Virus record (IMG/VR): IMGVR_UViG_2654587976_000001
Location: 32,001 to 96,000 of that record
DNA length: 64,000 nucleotides
From: a virus
Lineage: Duplodnaviria; Caudoviricetes
Reading direction: 5' to 3' (one strand)
Position 1 is the stretch's first letter; every line of letters begins with the position of its first letter. A program made the translations under genes and the position numbers. Positions 40,276-50,512 of this stretch are shown piece by piece. The notes below the pieces were generated by a model. The model ran no database searches and was not told the DNA's origin. It saw only the letters and a list, made by a program, of their open reading frames with translations.

Positions 40276-41625
40276 GTGTCTGAAGTTTTGTTGACAACGG
40301 ATAAACTTTATAAGTTAAAAACTGAAATAGAGGAAAATCTTAATGATATTAAAAATGATCCCAATATGGTGAAGGAATTAAAAGCCACAATGGCGGACAA
40401 ATACAAGGCACTCCCTGGTTATATCCAAGAAATTTTAAATAATAATGATAACAACGTACAGCGTTTAAACGAAAAAGAAGTGTACATTGTTTCAAAAGAG
40501 ATGTATTCAATTCTTGGGACGCAAGCCTTAGATCCGTCAAATTATTTTCCAACCAGATTGGCAAAAGAGCTTGAAGGTGGGAGAGTATTCGCCGGTGAAG
40601 AAGTAGTTAAGCTCCCATACAAGTTTAAAAATGTGATTAAAATTAAAGAGGATAACTATGTCACTTCCATTACTGCCAAAGAACTGAGTGAGTTATATAA
40701 TAGCTCCATCCTGCAGTACAATTACAACACTCAGCGTGAAGGAAAGTACATTAAGGGCAGCCTTATCCCTGTACCTAAAACAAATCCTAAATCAGTCGAT
40801 GAGATCAAAGAATTGTTTATTAAAGGCGATTTAATTGTGTCAATGTTAACTTTTAACGCTCGTCTTGGAACTTCTGATGGTGATGAAGAAGTTGAATATG
40901 ATCCAAGCGATCAAACCCTCACTGTAACACGAGGAACCTTATTAGATGCTCTAGATGGGTACCATCGAATTTCAGGTATTGTTAAGGCCATTGCTGAAGT
41001 CCCTGAATTAGATCAACCATTCATTTTAAATGTGCTCAATTATGATGAAGAAAAGGCTAAGGTTCACTTTGCTCAAATGAATACAATAAACCCAGTTGAA
41101 AAATCCAGAATTGAAGAATTAGGACAAAAACGGTATTCTTCAACCGTGGTCGAGCAACTGAAATTTAAAAGTGAACTTAAAAATAAAATAAGCCCACAAA
41201 GTGACATTGGTCTTGATAGCAATTTCCTTGTGACATATTACACTTTATCCGAAGCTATAGACGATGCATTTGAGTTGAAATCTCGAAAAGATGCATTAAA
41301 AATTTCAAAATACCTGGTTGACTTTTTTGATAACCTTTTTTATGCTTTCCCAGATGAATTTCTTGAAGATGATTTATCGTCCATTAGAAAGCAATCATAT
41401 ATTAATCATAACGTAATGTTTTACGGTTATGTTTATTTGGCCAAGAAGATGAAGGAAAACAATATAGAACTAAACAAGCTTGAAAGTATCCTTAATACAA
41501 TTGACTTTAGTAAAAGCGGAAGAGTGTTTGAAGAATTAGGAAGACAAAATAATGAGATTCAACTAAAGAATGTTATGAAGAAGAAACTTAAGCGAATATT
41601 TTATGATGAAATTGCTGTTGTTTAA
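40276..41625 (+). CDS. yopQ: YopQ (SroE-like), DndB/DGQHR-domain protein
   Basis: QR and LDGYHR motifs, located between yopP and yopR. Confidence 0.75.
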   Translation: MSEVLLTTDKLYKLKTEIEENLNDIKNDPNMVKELKATMADKYKALPGYIQEILNNNDNNVQRLNEKEVYIVSKEMYSILGTQALDPSNYFPTRLAKELEGGRVFAGEEVVKLPYKFKNVIKIKEDNYVTSITAKELSELYNSSILQYNYNTQREGKYIKGSLIPVPKTNPKSVDEIKELFIKGDLIVSMLTFNARLGTSDGDEEVEYDPSDQTLTVTRGTLLDALDGYHRISGIVKAIAEVPELDQPFILNVLNYDEEKAKVHFAQMNTINPVEKSRIEELGQKRYSSTVVEQLKFKSELKNKISPQSDIGLDSNFLVTYYTLSEAIDDAFELKSRKDALKISKYLVDFFDNLFYAFPDEFLEDDLSSIRKQSYINHNVMFYGYVYLAKKMKENNIELNKLESILNTIDFSKSGRVFEELGRQNNEIQLKNVMKKKLKRIFYDEIAVV

Positions 41626-41644
41626 AGCCTAAAGGAGAATTAAT

Positions 41645-42628
41645 ATGAGTGAAATGTATAATGCTGAATTGAAGGAAAAGTTTTTAGAGAAATACGAAAG
41701 TGAAGCAACAAGAAACCATTATTGGCTAAGGCTAAGGGATTTCTCAGCTACAGAAAAAATACTTCAAAAAGACATATTTAATTTTTCTTTGGAAGAGCTG
41801 CGTACGTTATTTTTCGATTTGGATAGCAAATCTATAGACTCATTAAGAGGAGCACGAGCTGTAATTGGACAATACACAACCTGGGCAATGGAAAATGGCT
41901 TGGCAAACAGTAACATCAACAAAGTGTATCAGATACAGGATGGTGACTTAAAGCAGTTTATAGATAAAAACAAAAAAACACTATTCACTAATAAAGAAGT
42001 AGAAGAGTATGTTGATTTTATGATTAATTATCAGGATAAGGCCATGATACAGGCTATTTATGAAGGTATAGATGGTTATCAGCATTCAGAGTTACTGAAT
42101 TTAACAGGTGACGATTTACTCGATGATAACAAGGTAAAGCTAGTAGATGATAAACATGGTGTAAGAATAATTACTGTAAGCGATAAATGTTATGAGTTAC
42201 TTAAGCGTGCTAATGACCAAAGAACATATCATCTTAGCAATGGTTCGCCAGATAGTAGCCTTAAAAACAAATTTGCCACATTAGTTAAAAGCGAAAATAT
42301 TTTTAGGCTAAAATATAAGAGCTCTAATCAGAGTATGAAAGCTGACAAATTTTTAGTTCATCGTTCTTTTAGTCAGTTTCAAAAATTTTTAGAAGAACCC
42401 TTCTTTACACCTAAAAATCTTATCAATTCAGGAAAGCTCAACATGGCGTATGCGATATATAAAGAGAAGGGTGAATTAAAAGTACCTGATTATAAACAAA
42501 TAACTCGACAATATGGGTTCTTGAATGAAGACGCGGAGTTTAATTCACAAACACTGAGGAAAGTAGTGAATATGGAGAACTTAGAAAAATATTGTATCAA
42601 GTCTGAAGTAATTGAGACTAATTCTTAA
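41645..42628 (+). CDS. yopR: Master repressor MrpR/YopR (integrase-like fold, degenerate catalytic site)
   Basis: [11 protein letters not shown]..., YEGIDG and PKNLINSG replace the R and HxxR motifs, SPbeta synteny. Confidence 0.8.
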   Translation: MSEMYNAELKEKFLEKYESEATRNHYWLRLRDFSATEKILQKDIFNFSLEELRTLFFDLDSKSIDSLRGARAVIGQYTTWAMENGLANSNINKVYQIQDGDLKQFIDKNKKTLFTNKEVEEYVDFMINYQDKAMIQAIYEGIDGYQHSELLNLTGDDLLDDNKVKLVDDKHGVRIITVSDKCYELLKRANDQRTYHLSNGSPDSSLKNKFATLVKSENIFRLKYKSSNQSMKADKFLVHRSFSQFQKFLEEPFFTPKNLINSGKLNMAYAIYKEKGELKVPDYKQITRQYGFLNEDAEFNSQTLRKVVNMENLEKYCIKSEVIETNS

Positions 42629-42848
42629 TCCCTGTTACAGGGATTAACTTTACATAACTTTCAGAGTAAAAATAAAACAAATGTGAGTTAACTCGTGGTA
42701 TTTTTAAAAAAATATCAGGATTTTGTTCATATTTTTCAGAATTCGACAAAGTTAGACAGAGACAAATTTGTACATATGCAGTAAAATAGTTCTATACCCT
42801 AAAAAGGGTACAAGGAGGTTCGCTAGGCCAAACTCCCTAGCGATAAAG

Positions 42849-43103
42849 TCAATGTTTGATTTTCCATTCATAGAGCTCTTCAATCGAACAGTTAAGGGCA
42901 ATAGCAATGATTTTCGCTGTTTTTATATTCATAGAAGGTCTAAAGCCGTTTGCATAGTCACTTAATCTTTGCGTACTAATGCCTGTTCGCTTTGAAAGTT
43001 CTCCTAAGGACATTCCTCTACTTTCAAGGAGAATGGATATCAAACATTGTCCGATTTCAACCTCAAGCATCGGACAACCTCCTGTTATAGTATTGCTTAT
43101 CAT
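42849..43103 (-). CDS. yopS: XRE HTH regulator (YopS-like)
   Basis: MSLGELSKRTGISTQRLSDY...IAIALNCSIEELY. Confidence 0.75.
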   Translation of the reverse strand: MISNTITGGCPMLEVEIGQCLISILLESRGMSLGELSKRTGISTQRLSDYANGFRPSMNIKTAKIIAIALNCSIEELYEWKIKH

Positions 43104-43235
43104 ACTATATCAATTCTTTCCAAGTTTTTAAATGAAAGAAAAAAGATTTGCCACTAACTAGGTAAAAGGTTATAATTAAGTCAACAAAAAAGGGAACGTA
43201 AGTTCGGTTAATTACTACCAGAGAGAGGGAAACGT

Positions 43236-43535
43236 ATGTCAGAAAAGGATTATTTCATTCAAGGGGAGCTGTGCATTCCTTTTTTCGGCAGAATAAAAGC
43301 CAAGAATGAAGAGGAAGCACTATTGTTCGCATATCAATCAATTAAAAAGAAATTAAGAAATAAAACAGGGAAAATGGGGTTTCTTCAAAAAGATCAAGAA
43401 AAATATGAGGCACTATTTGATGTAGATATCATGTGTACAGAGGATGCTGAATTAACAACATCTTATGCCGAAGAGATAGACGATTCGTTTGAAAATGAAG
43501 GCTATAAATCTTCACAATTGTTATCATCGAAGTAA
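43236..43535 (+). CDS. Hypothetical protein (yopT position)
   Basis: 99 aa ORF divergent from yopS. Confidence 0.55.
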   Translation: MSEKDYFIQGELCIPFFGRIKAKNEEEALLFAYQSIKKKLRNKTGKMGFLQKDQEKYEALFDVDIMCTEDAELTTSYAEEIDDSFENEGYKSSQLLSSK

Positions 43536-43609
43536 AAATACATACACATCTTGTCAGTCATCATGAGACATAAAAAATTGGTGACTTTTTAGTCAGACTG
43601 GAGCATACA

Positions 43610-43855
43610 ATGGATTTTAATCTTGAAATTGACTTGAAAGACATTATGAGATCAGTTTCCATGAGTGTTGGTTCTAAGAACATCCAAAGTGGAGAGTACT
43701 ACATAGACATTATTTTTAAAAACAATGGGGATTGTTTGAGGATTAGAATGGATCATGCTTCAGTTTTAGAATTTAGAGACAAAATAAATGAAACTCTTTG
43801 GAAACTAGACGGCATGAAGACGTTTATGAAGACAGCAGCTTTACAGTATGAGTAA
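43610..43855 (+). CDS. Hypothetical protein
   Basis: 81 aa ORF with GGAG RBS. Confidence 0.55.
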   Translation: MDFNLEIDLKDIMRSVSMSVGSKNIQSGEYYIDIIFKNNGDCLRIRMDHASVLEFRDKINETLWKLDGMKTFMKTAALQYE

Positions 43856-43963
43856 AGCTGATTTTTTTGAAATTTTTAAGAGTAAAAATAAAATAATTGT
43901 TTACAACATTTGGTTGAGATTATATAATCGAATTAGAATAAGGAAAGGAGATAGCTTTAATTA

Positions 43964-44188
43964 TTGATTAATGAACCAACTAACAATCAAATAAGAAGTA
44001 TGGTTTTAAGGAAATATGCAAAGCTCTTAGCATCATGTGAAAGATCTTTGCGCAGCATAGAGAACAATGAAATCAGAATGGCAATAGGAGACCTGGACTT
44101 TGTTAAAGACAATTTAGAGGAAATACAATACATACTTCGTGATGTTGTGAATCAGCATGAATATATTAAGGATAAAAATAAAATGTAA
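43964..44188 (+). CDS. Hypothetical protein
   Basis: 74 aa ORF after a TTTACA..TATAAT promoter. Confidence 0.5.
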   Translation: MINEPTNNQIRSMVLRKYAKLLASCERSLRSIENNEIRMAIGDLDFVKDNLEEIQYILRDVVNQHEYIKDKNKM

Positions 44189-44200
44189 GTTTTATAGAGA
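44173..44200 (+). repeat. 28-bp 11-6-11 junction site
   Basis: TAAAAA TAAAA TGTAAG TTTTA TAGAGA. Confidence 0.55.
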
Positions 44201-44220
44201 ATTAAAAAGGAGGAAACGTA

Positions 44221-44637
44221 ATGAAAGAAATTAAAGTTCGGTACGTTTTTCGGCATAAGAAGACCAATGAAATTGTCTTGCATTATTACACCTTGAGCGA
44301 AATTGAATTTTTCGGAGAGACGATCTACACAGATAAAGAAGATTACGAGTTGGTCAGTCGGGATCTGTGCACTTGTCTTAAAGACAGCAATGGCAAAAAC
44401 ATATATGCAGGAGATTATATAAAAATTACATACGACACTGCCTTTTCTAAAGAGCCATTCTATATCGGGGTGGTGAAATATTTGGAAAACGAAGATTACC
44501 CAGCTTTTGATTTAAGACCTTGGGTTGATTTAGACATGAATGCTATAAGCTGGTTAAAAAGTGAATCAGATCCTACCGTAAAAAAATACGAAGTCATAGG
44601 CAATGTGTATCAGAATCCAGAATTGTTAGGAGTGTAG
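44221..44637 (+). CDS. YopX family protein
   Basis: LKDSNGKNIYAGDYI...EVIGNVYQNPELL. Confidence 0.8.
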   Translation: MKEIKVRYVFRHKKTNEIVLHYYTLSEIEFFGETIYTDKEDYELVSRDLCTCLKDSNGKNIYAGDYIKITYDTAFSKEPFYIGVVKYLENEDYPAFDLRPWVDLDMNAISWLKSESDPTVKKYEVIGNVYQNPELLGV

Positions 44638-44641
44638 GTGA

Positions 44642-45016
44642 ATGATCACAGCATACAGAGTTTGGGACGGCGAGCAGATGCATTATTGGGATGATGAGGG
44701 GATAAGCCTGAATATTGAAGATGGAAATTGGTATTTATACCGCAAAGGAAAATTCATCACAAGCAATAAAACAGCCTGCGCGGCTCTAATGTGGGGCATA
44801 GGATCGAAGGATCAGAACGAAAAAATGATCTATGACAAGGATTACATTTTGGATCATAACACTGATACGAAGTTCGTAGTTAAGTATGACAACAATCAAG
44901 CTGGTTTTTATCTTGATATAGGTATCGGAAATGGCAGTGGTGCTTTTATGGTAGGCGATCTTGAAATCATCGGCGACGTTTATCGAAGTTCTAAGTTATT
45001 GGAGGGCATAGAGTGA
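44642..45016 (+). CDS. YopX family protein
   Basis: YRVWD...KDQNEKMIYDKD...EIIGDVY. Confidence 0.7.
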   Translation: MITAYRVWDGEQMHYWDDEGISLNIEDGNWYLYRKGKFITSNKTACAALMWGIGSKDQNEKMIYDKDYILDHNTDTKFVVKYDNNQAGFYLDIGIGNGSGAFMVGDLEIIGDVYRSSKLLEGIE

Positions 45017-45225
45017 TGGCATTTCATAAAGAAGTGGTTGAGACTATATACAAAACAGTTGTTATTTGCGATAAATGCGACAAAGAGAAGGTTTTAAACA
45101 TAGGGGAGCCGTTATCGTGGGAGGGGCATATGAATGGTGCTTTGTACCACGATTACACATTCACAGAGAAGGGGAACGGGTTCGAAACTCTATGCCCCGC
45201 ATGTCAGAAGGAGGGCGCGGAGTGA
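45013..45225 (+). CDS. Small Zn-finger protein
   Basis: CDKC...CPAC. Confidence 0.6.
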   Translation: MMAFHKEVVETIYKTVVICDKCDKEKVLNIGEPLSWEGHMNGALYHDYTFTEKGNGFETLCPACQKEGAE

Positions 45226-45287
45226 GTAAATTCAAAGGGCACACATGTGAACAATAGATCGGTAAAGGTGATCGAGGAGGTAATAGA

Positions 45288-45566
45288 ATGACAATCAATT
45301 TGAAAGTGAAACAAGAGAAGCGTAAAGGGTTATCAATTAATGATATCCAAGATGGATTTTTCATTTTAAGAAATGACGATGTTTGGATTGTGAAAATGGA
45401 TGTTACAAATAGAAATAAGATACATTTAATCGATTTAGAGACGTTCCATGTTAAAACTGTATCAACAAAGAACGAGTTGAAAAGTTTGTTTGAAAATTGG
45501 AACCGAATCAAGATATTAAGTCCGAAACAGGTGAATTTAAATATCGGGTTCCAATGGAAAGAGTAA
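45288..45566 (+). CDS. Hypothetical protein (92 aa)
   Basis: GAGGAGG RBS. Confidence 0.6.
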   Translation: MTINLKVKQEKRKGLSINDIQDGFFILRNDDVWIVKMDVTNRNKIHLIDLETFHVKTVSTKNELKSLFENWNRIKILSPKQVNLNIGFQWKE

Positions 45567-45579
45567 AGGAGGAGGCTGA

Positions 45580-45768
45580 GTGATGGACAAAATAGATAAC
45601 AACGAATTGAAATTCCGAATGATTACTACGGATGGAAAATCATTTCCGGTTAATTCTGCACCTATTGAAGGCTGGCAAAATGATATTTGGAAGACGTTTG
45701 ATGAACAGAAACGGGTTTTCGATGCAGAGACCAAAAAGGCACTTGCACACTGCGGAGTGCCTTTGTGA
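45580..45768 (+). CDS. Hypothetical protein
   Basis: GGAGGAGG RBS. Confidence 0.5.
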   Translation: MMDKIDNNELKFRMITTDGKSFPVNSAPIEGWQNDIWKTFDEQKRVFDAETKKALAHCGVPL

Positions 45769-45926
45769 GAAGCAATTAGACGGGCTATATTAGCCAAAGA
45801 TAAGGACGACAACACTGTTCTGACAATAGACAAACGACCGGTTTTAATTTTGTATAAACCTGAATTTTTATATTCGCAAGGAAAAGCAGTACGGAGATTC
45901 AAACGACTTTATGAGGAGGATGCAGA

Positions 45927-46109
45927 GTGAGTAGGTTAAATGGATTGATTACAGATAAATACGGTGATGCATTGTATAGAAGTGGTTTTTGTATAACCAT
46001 TGAAGAGAATTCACACTCTAGGATGGTTACGGCAGATTTCACATTGAACAGAAGTCACCTTCCGTTTTTAAAAGAAATTGTAAAAGACTTGGAGGAAGAA
46101 GCGGAGTGA
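45927..46109 (+). CDS. Hypothetical protein
   Basis: GAGGAGG RBS. Confidence 0.5.
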   Translation: MSRLNGLITDKYGDALYRSGFCITIEENSHSRMVTADFTLNRSHLPFLKEIVKDLEEEAE

Positions 46110-46122
46110 TCTGAGGTTACAG

Positions 46123-46150
46123 TCTAGATAAAAGATGCATTTTAAAGTGT
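46123..46150 (+). repeat. 28-bp 11-6-11 junction site
   Basis: TCTAGA TAAAA GATGCA TTTTA AAGTGT. Confidence 0.7.
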
Positions 46151-46185
46151 TTCAAGGGGAGTGATGAAATTGGAAAAAGAATGAT

Positions 46186-46485
46186 TTGAAAAAAGCACTT
46201 GAATACAAATTAACGGGAGGTAAAACGATGAAAATTATTAACGTTTACGGAGACGGAGATTGTGCAGCGTTGTTTATTGAGGATGAGCATGGGATTGAAC
46301 GTGCCTATAAAGAAGCGGTTACAAACGGTGGAAAAGTAAGCATTGAAGGGGACGATCATCAACAGGTTTACGTTGAGGTTCTGGAATTTGGCGCTGTTGA
46401 CGAAAAATTTATCGCTTATATTCGAGATAAACAAGATGACGACATGGCTAAGGACAGCAATTTTTTCGTTATTGATGAGTCGTAA
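46186..46485 (+). CDS. Hypothetical acidic protein
   Basis: Likely start at internal MKII behind GGGAGG. Confidence 0.55.
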   Translation: MKKALEYKLTGGKTMKIINVYGDGDCAALFIEDEHGIERAYKEAVTNGGKVSIEGDDHQQVYVEVLEFGAVDEKFIAYIRDKQDDDMAKDSNFFVIDES

Positions 46486-46883
46486 TAAATCCGATAACTA
46501 AATCAACTCTGTGTAAAAGTTGCGAAGGAATGCTTGATCACAGTGTTGCGGGCAATGTCCCTTGGAGAGAGCAGTTTGGATAAAAATAAAAAATAAAAAG
46601 GTTGATAGAATGTGCAAAAAATGCTTTGTGCTTGTAAAGATGAATTAACACAACATGATTATTTAGTTGATCATAATAGATTTGAAGAAGGGTATCTATG
46701 TCTGGATTGCAGTACATTTAAACTCCTAGATGCCAATGGTGAATTTGATGTTTTGAAGCACTATAAACTAATGAAGTTCACAGCCAGTGACAATTGATTA
46801 CCTACATAAATACATAGACATTGATGAACGTACACAATTAATAAACTTTATAGAAGTAAAATTTTAATGGAAAGAGGAGCTAT

Positions 46884-47186
46884 ATGAGAAGATATCAAAC
46901 ACAGGAACAAGTTGCATTAAACTTCTTGCTTTCAGAGGCCAAAGAAGAGCTTAGATTATGTGAAGAAAGAATCGAGTACCATGCAAAACATAGAGATTAT
47001 GTTCTCATGAGGATGGAGAAAGAAATTGAAGCAAAGGCAAATGCGAAAATTGAAAAATTATCTTCGTTGCTTGAGATGGAAAGAGAGTCTTGGGCAAACT
47101 TACCTTCTCTTTTACAAATTGGAATAGTGAACACTAAGGGAGAATCTGTAATTCAAGAAGAGCGTTTTTCTGAAGAAATTGAATGA
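46884..47186 (+). CDS. Hypothetical protein
   Basis: 100 aa, bracketed by degenerate 28-bp sites at 46845 and 47178. Confidence 0.6.
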   Translation: MRRYQTQEQVALNFLLSEAKEELRLCEERIEYHAKHRDYVLMRMEKEIEAKANAKIEKLSSLLEMERESWANLPSLLQIGIVNTKGESVIQEERFSEEIE

Positions 47187-47295
47187 AGTTGAATTTTTAA
47201 GAAAGGAATGACTTCGGAGTCGGCAGACGTTATTTTAAAATTAAGTGATTTAGGGGGAAACACAAAACTTTTGAAGTTTAGCAGGAGGCGCAGAG

Positions 47296-47493
47296 ATGAA
47301 GATTAGACAAAGGTACGAATGTGGAGCTGATAAAATTGCGATTCAGTATTCCATTGATGAAAAAGGGATGATTACCAGTTTTAAAGAAGTAAGTTGGGAT
47401 TCAAGTACAGAAGCGGGTGAGCTCTTACTTCCGAGAATTGAAGTTACTGACAACTGCTTTAATAAGATAATTAACAATCCCAAAATGGTCTAA
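47296..47493 (+). CDS. Hypothetical protein
   Basis: 65 aa, AGGAGG RBS. Confidence 0.5.
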   Translation: MKIRQRYECGADKIAIQYSIDEKGMITSFKEVSWDSSTEAGELLLPRIEVTDNCFNKIINNPKMV

Positions 47494-47494
47494 G

Positions 47495-47522
47495 ACTGGA
47501 TAAAAAGACTGTTTTAAAGAGA
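47495..47522 (+). repeat. 28-bp 11-6-11 junction site
   Basis: ACTGGA TAAAA AGACTG TTTTA AAGAGA. Confidence 0.65.
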
Positions 47523-47527
47523 GGGAG

Positions 47528-47926
47528 ATGTTAATGGGAATGTATACAGAATTGGTATGTGCTTTTGAGCTTATTGAGGAAACATCAAGTCACATTATTG
47601 AAACGTTGGAGTTTATGAGTGGTCAACGAGATGAGCAACCAGATGAGTTGCCAGACCATAAGCTATTTGCTGAAGGAAGCAGATGGAAATGGATGCTTCA
47701 ATCGGATAGCTATTACTTCGATGGAAAAACTCACAGCGAAATTGTAAACGACACTCTTGTAGGTGGTTGCTATGTGACAATTAGATGCAATCTAAAAAAC
47801 TATGATAATGAGATTGAGAATTTTATTGAGTGGATTTCACCATTTATTTACAAAAAAGATGGGAATTACTTTATTGGCTACAAACGATATGAAGAGGATA
47901 AAGAGCCAGAATTAATCTTTGTTTAA
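47528..47926 (+). CDS. Hypothetical phage protein
   Basis: MGMYTE...LKNYDNEIENFIEWISP, its stop codon is part of the site at 47918. Confidence 0.65.
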   Translation: MLMGMYTELVCAFELIEETSSHIIETLEFMSGQRDEQPDELPDHKLFAEGSRWKWMLQSDSYYFDGKTHSEIVNDTLVGGCYVTIRCNLKNYDNEIENFIEWISPFIYKKDGNYFIGYKRYEEDKEPELIFV

Positions 47927-48096
47927 AAGGATTATTTCATTGTAAGGAGGAAGGCACATAGGTTATTTAAAGCACATAATTGATACAGCTTGGTTTAATT
48001 TAGTTTGGTTTAGATGGCATCTTGGAGCGGACATAAGCTTATTTGACGGCTGCGGATGGAATACATATAAATATTTAAAGAATAAAAATAAAATAA

Positions 48097-48327
48097 ATGG
48101 AGGTTATAAGGGTGATAAAGAGGAATCTGCTTAGCAACCACGTTGATGAGATTATTGGTGAATATTACGCTGCTAAAGGCTATTCAGTTCATAGCATTGA
48201 ACACCAGGAAAATGGACAACTGATTGTTGTTACGGAACGAGTAGCAGAGGAGAAGGAACCGGCAAAGGTTGATATCGCATTTGATTTTGTACATAGAAGA
48301 TCGCACAGAAAGAAGTATTTAGCTTAA
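48097..48327 (+). CDS. Hypothetical protein
   Basis: 76 aa ORF. Confidence 0.55.
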   Translation: MEVIRVIKRNLLSNHVDEIIGEYYAAKGYSVHSIEHQENGQLIVVTERVAEEKEPAKVDIAFDFVHRRSHRKKYLA

Positions 48328-48343
48328 AAAAGGCAAAGAGGGA

Positions 48344-48760
48344 TTAGCACTCTTTACCGTTAGGTGATTTCCTTAACCGATTCGCAATGTACTTCATTAC
48401 GTTTACTGCAATCGACACTAATGCAATAATCAATGCTATTTCAAATAAGAGGACGTATCCAAAATTCACATTAAGCTTTTCAAAGTAATCGCTGGTAAAA
48501 GAGAGGATTTTATAAATCCCTAGCATAAAAATAATAAAGGAAACTCCTAAAATTACAAGTGACTTTTTAGAATAATCTTTAGCGTGTTCAAAATTATAAA
48601 TCATTATTGATACAAATAACAAACCCGTAGCAATCCTGTGGGATAACGAATCATCGGCCGAAAATGATTGTACTACTATGCTGATGATTAATCCAGTAAT
48701 ACCGATTGTTTTATTCAAGGAATCACCCACTCGTATGTAAGTTAGGTATGAGTTTACCAA
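48344..48760 (-). CDS. YoqO-like membrane protein
   Basis: Four hydrophobic segments, opposite orientation to its neighbours. Confidence 0.55.
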   Translation of the reverse strand: MVNSYLTYIRVGDSLNKTIGITGLIISIVVQSFSADDSLSHRIATGLLFVSIMIYNFEHAKDYSKKSLVILGVSFIIFMLGIYKILSFTSDYFEKLNVNFGYVLLFEIALIIALVSIAVNVMKYIANRLRKSPNGKEC

Positions 48761-48796
48761 TTAAAGGGGATTTTCTCAAGATGATACACATTAAAG

Positions 48797-48824
48797 TTAA
48801 ATTAAAATCGTGATTTTAAACAGA
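48797..48824 (+). repeat. 28-bp 11-6-11 junction site
   Basis: TTAAAT TAAAA TCGTGA TTTTA AACAGA. Confidence 0.65.
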
Positions 48825-48834
48825 ATAGGATGCC

Positions 48835-49242
48835 TTGATACATGGGCTTATATGTAACACAGGGAGCATTCGAGGGGCATACTCGTCATTCAATAATCTT
48901 AGAAGGTTTTTATTAAAATCAATTGGAGGTAGTTGGCCACCACATGATAACCAAAAATTCAAGGATGGCTATTGGTATTTTGGTAAAGGCTATTCAACAA
49001 AAAACCATAAGGGGCTAACAGAGTTTTTCGGTCATTCAGATTGTGATGGAGTAATTACACCTGAAATGTGTAAAGTTGTTGCAGAGGAATTAGAAGCCAT
49101 CTTACCCTTTGCAGAAGAGTTGGCAAATGTGGAAATGTCTCATGATTATATGCTACCTAATAGGTACATAGAGACTGCAAAACAGTTTATCAATGGGTGT
49201 AGATTGGCATTTGAGTTGAATGAGCCATTAGAGTTTAGATAA
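48835..49242 (+). CDS. Hypothetical phage protein (HSDCDG motif)
   Basis: GAYSSFNNLR...HSDCDG.I.PE, bracketed by sites at 48797 and 49234. Confidence 0.65.
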   Translation: MIHGLICNTGSIRGAYSSFNNLRRFLLKSIGGSWPPHDNQKFKDGYWYFGKGYSTKNHKGLTEFFGHSDCDGVITPEMCKVVAEELEAILPFAEELANVEMSHDYMLPNRYIETAKQFINGCRLAFELNEPLEFR

Positions 49243-49261
49243 AAGATAGTTTTCAACTAAA
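49234..49261 (+). repeat. 28-bp 11-6-11 junction site containing a stop codon
   Basis: TTTAGA TAAAA GATAGT TTTCA ACTAAA. Confidence 0.6.
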
Positions 49262-49323
49262 CATATAAGGATGGATCGTTATCGAAATTATAAGCAAATC
49301 TGATAACGATCGCAGAGGGGATG

Positions 49324-49476
49324 TTAATCTCTATAGCGCCTTCTTTCCTCCAAGTCATCGGGATACTCATTCTGCTTTGACTTGGACTTGAATACAAACC
49401 AAATTACAGCAGCCAGCATGTAATCCATAACTTTATCAAAAGTCCAATTTGTGAAAAGATCCATAAGAATTTTCAT
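49324..49476 (-). CDS. Small single-TM protein (50 aa)
   Basis: ATG behind GGAGGTGAAAGG, MKILMDLFTNWTFDKVMDYMLAAVIWFVFKSK... Confidence 0.55.
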   Translation of the reverse strand: MKILMDLFTNWTFDKVMDYMLAAVIWFVFKSKSKQNEYPDDLEERRRYRD

Positions 49477-49594
49477 TACCTTTCACCTCCCGAGACAAAA
49501 ATGTCCTATCTCTTTTAGGTGGCATGTGTATGACACGCTCCTATTAATAAAAGAGTGAAAAGTAATATGAAAATCAAAAAGAATTGAAAAAAAC

Positions 49595-50455
49595 ATGAAG
49601 AAAATTGAGGTGGAGCAAATGAGCGAAACTAAGGCAAACACAAATACAAAGATTCACGTATTGGCTGACGAAAAACTTGGCGGCATCAAGCGCGAATACG
49701 TAGAGGTCGATCGCAAGGCGGAGATTGGCGAGAAGATCGTAATTGTTGAGAAAAATGATTTCGAAGGGTACGAGAACGGGGATGTTTTTACGGTAGATCG
49801 TGATTTCCACTCTAAAATGGATTTCGTGGAAAGTGACGCAGCTGCATCCGACGGTAACTATAGTGGGGCTATCTATCACGATGAATATCACGTTCTCGAA
49901 CCGACCAACATCGTACACATTGACGACGGCCGCTACGAAATGGTCGAACGTGAGGGGGAAGTAGGCGAGAAGATTATCATTGTTAGGCCTGACGGAGTAA
50001 TAGGGGACGATTATGATACAGGGAGAGTTGGAACGGTAAAATCACGCCATTCTGCTGGAGACGTAAGCGTAGAAACTATTGGGTTGGTGTTTGGCGATGA
50101 ATACCGTGTCCTCGTCCCATTAGGTAAACATAAGAAGACCTTTGAAAATAAAAATAGTGCATACAAAGAAGTCAAAAACTACATGCATAATGAATTAAGT
50201 ATTTCAAGACAAGATGTACAAGATATGATTAGCATTGCGGTTTCTAATGAAGTTCAGAAGATGTCTAAGTCAGGAAAACTGGATAGAATTGCGGGAGAAA
50301 AGATTGAATCACTTATTGAAGAAGGTTTTGAAAACGGAGGCCAGCTACTACATGGATTTAAAGAAAGGGTGTCACAAACAGTTTCCGATGAGGTGGGTAA
50401 ACGGATTGCAAAAGTATTGAATATTAATGTGGAATTAAAGGAGGAAGGGAATTGA
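49595..50455 (+). CDS. Hypothetical protein with a tandemly repeated beta domain
   Basis: Two repeats V.R.AEIGEKIVIV...EYHVLEP and V.R.GEVGEKIIIV...EYRVLVP. Confidence 0.6.
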   Translation: MKKIEVEQMSETKANTNTKIHVLADEKLGGIKREYVEVDRKAEIGEKIVIVEKNDFEGYENGDVFTVDRDFHSKMDFVESDAAASDGNYSGAIYHDEYHVLEPTNIVHIDDGRYEMVEREGEVGEKIIIVRPDGVIGDDYDTGRVGTVKSRHSAGDVSVETIGLVFGDEYRVLVPLGKHKKTFENKNSAYKEVKNYMHNELSISRQDVQDMISIAVSNEVQKMSKSGKLDRIAGEKIESLIEEGFENGGQLLHGFKERVSQTVSDEVGKRIAKVLNINVELKEEGN

Positions 50456-50512
50456 CCAAATTTTCATTTGGTGTGTAATGGCGAGTCACTAAGGAATTAT
50501 GTAACGGAGAGA

